From Chthoniobacteraceae bacterium (GTDB lineage Bacteria; Verrucomicrobiota; Verrucomicrobiia; Chthoniobacterales; Chthoniobacteraceae): a stretch of 35,588 nt of DNA. How positions within the stretch are numbered: the first letter of the stretch is position 1; the number at the start of each line of letters is the position of its first letter. The DNA is taken from the NCBI GenBank assembly GCA_031409335.1, contig JANNWY010000197.1:1-35588 (forward strand), in the 5' to 3' direction. Below are positions 7,571 to 15,347 of this stretch, one piece after another. The notes under the pieces were generated by a model, which did no database searches, had not been told where the DNA came from, and worked only from the letters and a program-made list of their open reading frames with translations. The position numbers and the translations under genes are program-made.

Positions 7571-10500
7571 TCAACTCCGGCCAAAGATGAGGAAAAGCGC
7601 GAGCGCGAGAAACAGCGCGCCGGTCAGCACCTTTGCGAGCGCGGTGTGCTTTTTTTGGAAAGCGATCAGCGCGTCGCTGCGCATCCCGGCCCACGCGAGG
7701 ATGAAGATCGCGACGAGCGGGACGATGAACGCGCCGTTGTAAAGCAGCAGCAATCCGAGCGCGTCGCGCTGGCCGTTGCGCAGCATGAACTGGATCGTCG
7801 GCAGATAGACCTGGCCGGTGCAGGCGAGTTCGAGCAGCGAGATGACGATGCCCGCTCCGAATGCGGCGGCCACGAAATTCCGCGCGCGCGTGCCGGTGCG
7901 GACGACGGTGCGGATTTGGTCTTTCAGAAAACCGGGAAGCTGGAGCGTCATGTCACCGAGCCGTCCATCGGCGGCGAGGCGCGCGTCGCGGAAGCTGAGA
8001 AGGGCGATGACGGCGGCGAGCGCGGCGAGCACGTAGTTGAGGAGATTTCCCGCAATGCGAAACGCGGCGGCCTTTTCAAAAAGCTGCACGAGGCCGAGCC
8101 CGACGAGGAAATACGCGAGGAAGACCGCGCTGATAAACGCCGCGCCGACGGCGAGGATTTCGCGCGGGGTGCGGCGCGCGATCTGGAGATAGGAAAGCAG
8201 GAAGATGATCGTGGCGAAGGCGCACGGATTGATGCCATCGAGCAGGCCGGCGGCGACGACCACGCCGCGGTCGAGCGCGGCGTAGCGCTGCACGATGCGC
8301 TGCTGCGCGGACGCGATCTCGGGCGCGGCGGCCTCGGCCCACGCGGGGTCGGGCGTGAGCGCGGCGGCATCGCGCAGGAGCGTGCCGAGCGCGGTGAAAT
8401 CCAGACCGTCGCGGACCAGCGCGCCAGCCTGCGTGAAGACGGCGGGCGCGACTTGATGCAGCGTGTCCCGGATCCGCAGGCGAGTGGAAAGCGTTTCGTT
8501 GAGCAACGCCTCGCCGGGGGATTCGATGTTGCGTTCCTCCAGCGTCATCTGCGGGAACGCGGCGGCGTGGCGGTTGAGCTGGTCGCGCACGCGCTCGCAG
8601 TCGCGGCAGCCGGGTTTGTAGAAAAAGAGGACGCGGAACGGCTGGCCCGTCGCGGGAGCGTCGGGCACGGGCGCGGCGATGGTGTTGTCCGCGCCTTTTT
8701 GCGCGTCGGGCGCGAGCGCGGCGATGGCTTGGAAACTCGTGTAGGGGCTTTGCGCGCCATCGAGTCCGAAGTGGGCGAGCGCCTTCTTTTCGTTCGAGGT
8801 GTCGTCGTCGAAGCCGAGGATCGGCACGAGCACGGCGTAGCCTTTGCCAAGGCGCGCGTAGTTTTCCGTGACCCACGATTTCACGCGGTAGCGCGCGCGC
8901 GACGACTCCTCGTTCTGCGCCGCGAGCAGCGTGGCAAAGGCCGCGGGCTCGACCGGGCGGCCGAGCCGCAGCAACGCAAACTGCGCCGCGAAGCGCACCG
9001 CGTCGGCGGGATCGTTCGCGAGCTTTTCCACCGTGGGAATCAAGTCCGCGCCAGCCCCGCCCGACGGTTCGCCCGTCGCCCACGCGCCAAATTTCTGACG
9101 GCGTCCGGAGCTGCGGCTGCTGCCAAATTCCTCGCCGTCCGCGGCGCTGTGCGCGTCGTCGAAATGGTGTATCCAGCCATCGTCCGGCGCGGCGGTAAAT
9201 GGCACGACGGCGCGGACGAGCGCCTCTCGGTCGTTCAGGATCGCATCGAGCCGCGGCTCCACTGCCGCGCGGCCGAGCGCGCGAAAAGCGGCGCGGCGCA
9301 GCACGGGATTTGCGTCGTTGAGAAAGCGTTCGAGGCCCTGCCCGCGCGCCTGCTGCGTTTGCCCAAGCAGCACCATCGCGAACACTTTCCGGCCCGGCGC
9401 CGCATCGCTGGCGAGAATCTTTTTCGCCCACGCGAGGACCGGTGCGTGCGCGGTGGAATCGGCGAGGATGCGATGCAGGTAATAATTGTAGATGTCTTCG
9501 GGATCGAGCAGCGAACCGGGCCGCGAAAATTCTTCGAGCAGCGCAGCGAGGCCCGCGGCCTTCGCGGAATTCAGCCACACATGGATCGCCGTCTCCCGCA
9601 CATCGCCTGCCGGGTGCTTGAGAACGCGGAGGGCGAGTTCGAGAAACGGGCCGTCGCTCCACGGCGCGGCGGGCGCCAGCGAACTCGCGACGCGGCGGCA
9701 GTCGAGGGCGCTGAGTGTATCGTAGATCGCGAGCAGTTTTTGCGCGGCCTCCGCGTGGCGCTGCGCAGTCAGCACGCAGGCGGCGGAGAATTGCTGGCGC
9801 GGCGAGCCAGTGCGCAGAAATTTTTCCAACACCGCGCGCATCTCGGCAGGCGGCGCGTGCGTCTCGGGCGGGATCGCGTCCGTCCCGGGCTTGTCCGGCG
9901 TTTTCGCAAACGCATTGTAAAGCTGATCGAGCGCCGCATTCGGCGCGGCGGTTTCACTTGTGGAAACAGGGACGCCGCTGGGCAGCGCGAGCACATCGAG
10001 CACGGCATCGGCCCGCGTCTGATCCCCGCCTGTCAACGCCGCGAGTAGCTGCGCGGTGAAGCGTCCGTGGCCCGCGAGAATGCGCAGCGCGGCGGCGGCC
10101 ACGTCGGCGTTCGGATGCGCTGCGAACCGCGCGACGAACCCCGCTTTCCACGGGCCGCGCTTTTCGTTGCCGCCGAAGGTTTCGTCGCGGTTGTCGAAAA
10201 GATCGAGCGCGAGCAGCAGCGTTTCCGCGGGCGCTTTCCACAGCGCCTCGGTCATTTCGGCGGGCGGCGCGGTCGGGCTCGATGAGATGTAGAGCTTGAG
10301 AATCGGCGGCTTGAGATCGTCGTGGCGCAGGAAGAACGGCGTCAGTTTTTGCAGCACACTTTTCCCCGTGTCCGCCGATTCATCGTCGTCGTTGCCGTAG
10401 CTGCCACCCGTTTTTTCCCCCGCCAGCGCGCCGACCGCGCTGATGCGCACAAAGGAATCCGTATCGTCGAGCCGCGCCTCGATTTGTTTTTCGAGCCCCT

Positions 10501-11773
10501 TCGAGCCGCGTTTCCCGATCGTCTCCAGCGCCGTCGCGCGCACGCGCCAGCGCGCATCGCCGAGCCGCGCCGCGAGTTGTGCGACCGCGTCGCCGCGCGT
10601 GTTCGTGGCGAGGGCTTCGAGCGCGGTGATGACCACGTTCTCCGACGGATGTTCGAGATGGCGCGCGATCGTTTCCGCGCTCGCCGCATCGCCGCCAAAT
10701 TTTCCCAGCCCGCGCAGCATCGAGTGCAGCACGCTCTCCGTGCGCTCGCCCTTCGCGTCATCCGCGCCGAGCCGCGCGAGGATCGGCGGCACCGCGTGCG
10801 CGCCGCCCGCCTTGAACGCAGAATCCACCGCCGTCTCGCGCACGAGCGGATCTGGCGCGGCGAGAAAATCCGCAAGGATCGGCAGCACCGCCGGCCCGCC
10901 GTCGCCGAGCGCGCCGAGCGCGGTGGACTGCTGCTCCAGCGTGCCCAGCGCGAGATCTCGCGCGAGCGCCGCGGCCTGCCGCGGCAGCGCGGTAAGCAGC
11001 ACGAGCCGGTATTGCGCGGACTTGAGTTGCGCGCGCGGCGCGGCCTCGAGGTCGGCTTGCGCGTTCAGAAAATTTTCGATCCGCGCCACCGCGCCGAGCC
11101 CGAAGGCCTCCATGCGCTGCACGCCGCGCTCCCCGCGCGCGCGGTCGCCGGACATGATCTCCATCGCCGCCGCGCGAAACGTGTCGTCATTCAGCGCCGC
11201 GTCCGGTTTCGCGGCGGGCGTGCCGCTTTCCACCCACGCCTGCCACTTCGCGAGCGCGCCCGCATTTCCGCCCGACGCAGGCTCCTCGCGCCACGGATCG
11301 AATCCCAAATCGTCGCCCGCCGCTTCCTCCAAAAGATCGAGCGCGCCGAGCCGCACCGCGAGCAGCGGATGGCCGAGCCTCGCGACGAGTTGCTTCGCGG
11401 GAAAAGGCTTCATCTCGCGCACCAGCGAACGCACCACCCGCGCCTGATCCTTCTGCCCAAGCGCCTCCAGCACCGGTGGCCACCGGTCGTCCGGCACGCC
11501 CTCCGTCCGCATTTTTTCAAAATCCGCCAGCGAAAGTCCGGGCCGATTCCCCGCATTTTCGATCGCCCCGTGCAGCGGCAAAACCGCGAGCAGCGCGGCG
11601 GCGATCACGAGCCGCAGCTTCGTCGCGAATCGCGAACGTAGCGCGGGCGTCCCCGCCTGCCGTATCGCAGTGCTTCCAGCCTGCCTCACGTCCACCGATT
11701 GCACGCGCGAGGCAGGCTGGAAGCCCGCGATACGGCAGGCGGGGACGCCCGCGCTACTTTCTTTCGCGTTCAT
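7571..11773 (-). CDS. 1400-aa fusion: signal peptide, HEAT/PBS-lyase-like repeats, thioredoxin/glutaredoxin-like CxxC domain, DsbD/CcdA-type transmembrane domain
   Basis: HEAT-like units (DPLVRETAV, DARWRVRATALETIG, DTDSFVRISAVGAL, DANPVLRRAAFRAL); FFYKPGCRDC (8597-8608) with a later VAPAVF; TM region with DGINPCAF and LELACTGQVYLP. ATG 11773 overlaps the upstream stop (TGATG). Confidence 0.85.
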   Translation of the reverse strand: MNAKESSAGVPACRIAGFQPASRVQSVDVRQAGSTAIRQAGTPALRSRFATKLRLVIAAALLAVLPLHGAIENAGNRPGLSLADFEKMRTEGVPDDRWPPVLEALGQKDQARVVRSLVREMKPFPAKQLVARLGHPLLAVRLGALDLLEEAAGDDLGFDPWREEPASGGNAGALAKWQAWVESGTPAAKPDAALNDDTFRAAAMEIMSGDRARGERGVQRMEAFGLGAVARIENFLNAQADLEAAPRAQLKSAQYRLVLLTALPRQAAALARDLALGTLEQQSTALGALGDGGPAVLPILADFLAAPDPLVRETAVDSAFKAGGAHAVPPILARLGADDAKGERTESVLHSMLRGLGKFGGDAASAETIARHLEHPSENVVITALEALATNTRGDAVAQLAARLGDARWRVRATALETIGKRGSKGLEKQIEARLDDTDSFVRISAVGALAGEKTGGSYGNDDDESADTGKSVLQKLTPFFLRHDDLKPPILKLYISSSPTAPPAEMTEALWKAPAETLLLALDLFDNRDETFGGNEKRGPWKAGFVARFAAHPNADVAAAALRILAGHGRFTAQLLAALTGGDQTRADAVLDVLALPSGVPVSTSETAAPNAALDQLYNAFAKTPDKPGTDAIPPETHAPPAEMRAVLEKFLRTGSPRQQFSAACVLTAQRHAEAAQKLLAIYDTLSALDCRRVASSLAPAAPWSDGPFLELALRVLKHPAGDVRETAIHVWLNSAKAAGLAALLEEFSRPGSLLDPEDIYNYYLHRILADSTAHAPVLAWAKKILASDAAPGRKVFAMVLLGQTQQARGQGLERFLNDANPVLRRAAFRALGRAAVEPRLDAILNDREALVRAVVPFTAAPDDGWIHHFDDAHSAADGEEFGSSRSSGRRQKFGAWATGEPSGGAGADLIPTVEKLANDPADAVRFAAQFALLRLGRPVEPAAFATLLAAQNEESSRARYRVKSWVTENYARLGKGYAVLVPILGFDDDTSNEKKALAHFGLDGAQSPYTSFQAIAALAPDAQKGADNTIAAPVPDAPATGQPFRVLFFYKPGCRDCERVRDQLNRHAAAFPQMTLEERNIESPGEALLNETLSTRLRIRDTLHQVAPAVFTQAGALVRDGLDFTALGTLLRDAAALTPDPAWAEAAAPEIASAQQRIVQRYAALDRGVVVAAGLLDGINPCAFATIIFLLSYLQIARRTPREILAVGAAFISAVFLAYFLVGLGLVQLFEKAAAFRIAGNLLNYVLAALAAVIALLSFRDARLAADGRLGDMTLQLPGFLKDQIRTVVRTGTRARNFVAAAFGAGIVISLLELACTGQVYLPTIQFMLRNGQRDALGLLLLYNGAFIVPLVAIFILAWAGMRSDALIAFQKKHTALAKVLTGALFLALALFLIFGRS
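11638..11757. repeat. GTAG-family REPIN (120 bp) inserted in frame near the 5' end of the HEAT-Trx-DsbD gene
   Basis: Begins GTAG and ends CTAC; 31-bp perfect inverted arms, a small internal loop, then a further 16-bp perfect stem; length is exactly 40 codons. Confidence 0.9.
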
Positions 11774-12588
11774 CAATGCAGCAGCGCGTAGGCGACGATG
11801 TTCACATTCATCTCCAGCGAATTGCGGATTTCATTTCCACCGCAGCAGCAGCAGCCGGTCGAGTTGTGCGTGTCGTTCAAGCCGTGCCGCGAATAGACGA
11901 CGACCAGCTTGCCGTTCACCTCGATGCCTTCGAGCACCGCGGTGCCGGAGGATTTCGCGAGGTCGAGTTTTTCGATTTTGAAAACCGTGCGGTAGAGCGG
12001 GTGCTCGGGCGGGATCGCCTTGATCGGCGCGTCCGGCAGCAGCGTGCGCAGTTCGCGGCGAAAAGCCTCGTCCCACTCCTTGCTCGAGCAGCCCGACGAC
12101 GCGAGCAGGAAGCCGCCGCCGAGCAGATACTTCGCGAGGTTTTCGCGCTCCGCTTGCAGCAGCCGGAAGTCGCCCTCGCCGGTCATCACGAGAAAGGGAA
12201 AATCGTAGAGTTCCTTCGCGTCGAGCTTCACCGGCTTGAAGCGCCGCTCGGTGACGATGGTGGTTTTTTGCTGGAGCGTGTTGAGGAAGGTGTCGCTGAA
12301 ACAGCGCGACGTTTTGTTGCCCGCGTAGATGACGTTGGCGCATTGGACGATACCCTGCTTTTCGGCGAGGGCGGGGAAAGTCAGCGCGAGGAGGAGAACG
12401 AAGACCGGGATTTTTATGGCTCGCAGCCACGGCGCCTGCGGCGGGCTAAACTTCAAACGCCAAACTGCAAACGCCAAACGCCAAACGGTGGAAGGCGCGC
12501 GCGCTTCAGTCTTTTGAAGTTTGGCGTTTGGCCGCGCGCAGCGCCCGCACAATGGAAGTTGAATGCTCGTCTTCATGTTAGTTTTCAT
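11773..12588 (-). CDS. Exported DUF4159-like protein with C-terminal GCCCCGG motif
   Basis: YDFPFLVMTGEGDF, ENLAKYLLGGGFLLA, IPPEHPLYRTVFKI, LEGIEVNGKLVVVYS; signal-like IPVFVLLLALTFPALA; ATGA overlap with the upstream stop. Confidence 0.8.
   Translation of the reverse strand: MKTNMKTSIQLPLCGRCARPNAKLQKTEARAPSTVWRLAFAVWRLKFSPPQAPWLRAIKIPVFVLLLALTFPALAEKQGIVQCANVIYAGNKTSRCFSDTFLNTLQQKTTIVTERRFKPVKLDAKELYDFPFLVMTGEGDFRLLQAERENLAKYLLGGGFLLASSGCSSKEWDEAFRRELRTLLPDAPIKAIPPEHPLYRTVFKIEKLDLAKSSGTAVLEGIEVNGKLVVVYSRHGLNDTHNSTGCCCCGGNEIRNSLEMNVNIVAYALLH
12448..12531. repeat. Inverted heptamer (AAAC-NNC) tandem repeat within the DUF4159 N-terminus
   Basis: AAACTTC AAACGCC AAACTGC AAACGCC AAACGCC (12448-12482), central GAAGGCGCGCGCGCTTC, then the inverted TTTGAAGTTTGGCGTTTGG (12513-12531). 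Confidence 0.75.
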
Positions 12589-15347
12589 GGCTTGTTCTCT
12601 GTCGAAAAATATCGCTTCACCGCCGCGCGGTAGCTCTCCGGCACAGCCTCGGGCGCGACCGCTTCGCCCGCGCCTTCGCTCGTGTCGCGCGTCCCGATGT
12701 CCGATGCGCCGGTGCTCGCATTGTCCTCGGGCCGGCCCGCGCCATCCTTGCCTCCGCGGCCTTTGCCGATCTCCGGCCCGCCGCGTTCCTTTGCTCCGGG
12801 GCGGCTACGCGATGGGCCGAAAACTGGCAGCCGCGGCAGCTTGCCCGCGACCGAATAGCCGCTGTCGCTGTTCCCGCTGAAGCCGCCCTCGCCACTCGTG
12901 CCCGCGCCCGTTTGATCGCCGCTGCCGGGGCGCGGGATGAGCGAGCGCATCAGCGAATTCAGCGTGGAGGCGAGATCTTCGGGCAGCGGGAACGGCGCGG
13001 AGTCGCACTCGCCGCTGCACATCTCCGCCATGCCGTTTTTTCGTTTGAGCAGGCTTTCGAGCAATTGCACCGCGACCTCCGATTGCGACGCGGCGAGTCG
13101 GCTGTCGCCCGCTTCCGCGGCCTTCGTCGCGCCGTCCATCACCTCCGGGATGTTTTCGTTTTCGAGTGCTTCGAGAAACTCACGCCCTTCCTCCCGCATC
13201 CGCGCGAACTCCTCGGGCAGCGCGTCGAGCACCGGGCCGAGTTCCCGCGGCCACGCGCGCAATTCCTCCGCGATGGCAGATTGCCGCGCGCCGAGATCGC
13301 GCAGCGCCTGTCCCGCCTGCGTCTGGCCGCGCCGGATTTGCTCCACCATGCGATTCAGGTCTTTCAAAAGATCGCGCTGCCGCTGCACGAGCTGCTGAAA
13401 CTCCGCCGCCTTCTCAAACACCTTCGCCGCCTCGATCGCGCGCTTGCCTTTGTCCATGTCCTTCGCCATCCGCTCGCGGCTTTCGCCGAGACGATCCTGC
13501 AATTCTTTCATCGCGCCGGCCATCGCCTGCGGATTGGCGTCCTTGAGTTTTTCGAGGTCTTGAAAATTCTCGAACAGCTTTTTCCCCACGTCAGCGGCGG
13601 CTTGGGAAAGCGGCTGGTCCACGTCGAAGATTGGAAAATCCTTCGCGATCTCGCCAAAGGTTTTGCCCGCCTCCTCGTGCGCCTCCTGCGCTTTTTGCCG
13701 CGCGGATTCCGCGGCTTTCACGCCGCCGGATTCCGCGGCCTTCCTCATTTCCTCCAAAGCCGCGCGCGCCTTTTCCAGCGCCGCATCCATCGCCTCGTAA
13801 CGCGCGGAAAATTCCTCCAGCGTCACGCGGCTGCGCAGGATTTGCGCGTACTGCTTGTGGTCGATGATGCGGATGCGCGCGGGATCGGAGACGGACACGC
13901 CGAGCAGATTCGGATTCGTGTCGCCGGCTTCGAGCGTGAGTTCGATGGTCTGTCCGGGCTGCACGCCAAAGGGCGCGAGCTTGATCGTGCCGCCGAATTC
14001 GTGCCGCCGCTCGCCCGTCTGCACGGCCTCCGCCGCCGCGCGTTCGCGAAAGCCGGTGAGCTTGCGCACGAGCGAAACGCGCACCAGCCCAAGGTCGTCG
14101 CGCGCGTCGGCTTCGAGCGGCAGTTCGCTGTCGGGCGTCGCGAGGATTTCGCCGGACGGCTGGCGCAGCATCACGCTCGGGCGCTCGTCGGGCGTTACTT
14201 TTTGCTCGATCTGGAGCGGCTCGGAAAGCGTGCCCGCGACATCGCGCACCTCGAGCGCGATCCGCGCCGCGGCGCGCAGCACCCAGGAAAATCGCGCCTC
14301 GTGCGTGCCGCTCGTTTCCGCGGCGATCTCCTCCGCGCCGACGCGGAGTGTGCCGCTGCCGAGCGGGCGATTGCTGGTGACGAGCGCGGTGATGCGGCTG
14401 CCCGGCAGCGCCCCGAGAGCTTGCGAGCCGACGGTGAAGACGCGCTTCGGCAGGCGGGAATATGCGGGCGGCTGCACGGTGAGCAGCACGTCCTGCACTT
14501 TCGGCTGCATCAGCACGTTCACGCGCATCCACGCACTGCGCGCGCGCCCGACGGCGAACGCCACTTCGACGGGCGCGGCCATCTTTTCCAGCTTCCGCGA
14601 AAAGCGCGCGGCGTTTTCCTGAAACGCGGGCGAGTCATCGGTGCGGCCCGTCGCCGGATCGCGCGTGAGGCAGCGCACGGGCGCGGTGAATTTGCCGCCG
14701 GCGATGTCGGCGCTGACGAGAATTTCGCCGCCGTAAATCACCTCCGCCGGTTGCGGGCCGACGAGGAAGTTCAGCGGCGTGTAAGGCGGAATGTCCGCGC
14801 GCGGCTGGAGCAAACGCCGCGCGATGATCGACGATGCGTTCGGTGAAAAGAGCGCGCACGTCGCAAGCAGCATCGCCGCGCCCGCGAGCCAGCACGCTGC
14901 GCGTCCGAGCGAACGCAGCGGCAGCGCGCGGGCAAGGCGCACTGCGCGCACACGCTCGCCGGCCCCTGCGACTGCGCGCTCGCGCAGCCACGCGCCGAGC
15001 GGCGTGGCGGGCGCGCCGTTTGCGGACGCGAGTTCAAATGCGGAGAGGACTTCGCGACGATCGCTCGCGAGCGCGCGATCCGCCGTGGCCGCCGCGTCCG
15101 CGCGACGAAAGGCGAACACTTTCCAAAGCGCGCGCAGCACGCCGAACACGCCAACCGCGACGATCGCCGCGAACGCCACACGCCGCGCGGGATCGGTGAA
15201 GCCCGCGTAAAAATCGAACACGCCGAGCACGAGCAGCGCGAGCGCGGCCCACGCGAGAGCGCGGAGGATTTCGGCGAAAAACACGCCGAGCCGCCAGCGA
15301 CGGTGAAAGCCCGCGAGGGCCGGGAGGAAGTGGGATGCGGCTTTCAT
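12585..15347 (-). CDS. DUF4175-like membrane-anchored protein (3 N-terminal TM segments, Ig-like region, coiled coil, Gly-rich tail)
   Basis: Start MKAASHF at ATG 15347 (ATGA overlap); VQPPAYSRLP, PDERPSV, ARDDLGL, long Q/E/K/L helical region, C-terminal VPESYRAAVKRYF. Confidence 0.8.
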   Translation of the reverse strand: MKAASHFLPALAGFHRRWRLGVFFAEILRALAWAALALLVLGVFDFYAGFTDPARRVAFAAIVAVGVFGVLRALWKVFAFRRADAAATADRALASDRREVLSAFELASANGAPATPLGAWLRERAVAGAGERVRAVRLARALPLRSLGRAACWLAGAAMLLATCALFSPNASSIIARRLLQPRADIPPYTPLNFLVGPQPAEVIYGGEILVSADIAGGKFTAPVRCLTRDPATGRTDDSPAFQENAARFSRKLEKMAAPVEVAFAVGRARSAWMRVNVLMQPKVQDVLLTVQPPAYSRLPKRVFTVGSQALGALPGSRITALVTSNRPLGSGTLRVGAEEIAAETSGTHEARFSWVLRAAARIALEVRDVAGTLSEPLQIEQKVTPDERPSVMLRQPSGEILATPDSELPLEADARDDLGLVRVSLVRKLTGFRERAAAEAVQTGERRHEFGGTIKLAPFGVQPGQTIELTLEAGDTNPNLLGVSVSDPARIRIIDHKQYAQILRSRVTLEEFSARYEAMDAALEKARAALEEMRKAAESGGVKAAESARQKAQEAHEEAGKTFGEIAKDFPIFDVDQPLSQAAADVGKKLFENFQDLEKLKDANPQAMAGAMKELQDRLGESRERMAKDMDKGKRAIEAAKVFEKAAEFQQLVQRQRDLLKDLNRMVEQIRRGQTQAGQALRDLGARQSAIAEELRAWPRELGPVLDALPEEFARMREEGREFLEALENENIPEVMDGATKAAEAGDSRLAASQSEVAVQLLESLLKRKNGMAEMCSGECDSAPFPLPEDLASTLNSLMRSLIPRPGSGDQTGAGTSGEGGFSGNSDSGYSVAGKLPRLPVFGPSRSRPGAKERGGPEIGKGRGGKDGAGRPEDNASTGASDIGTRDTSEGAGEAVAPEAVPESYRAAVKRYFSTENKP

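Noticed and set aside
7457..10048. 863-aa plus-strand ORF (and other long antisense ORFs such as 12912-14846, 5842-7293, 19306-20898)
   Set aside because: They lie antisense to well-supported genes and have Arg/Gly/Ala-rich, motif-free translations. These are shadow ORFs expected in high-GC DNA.
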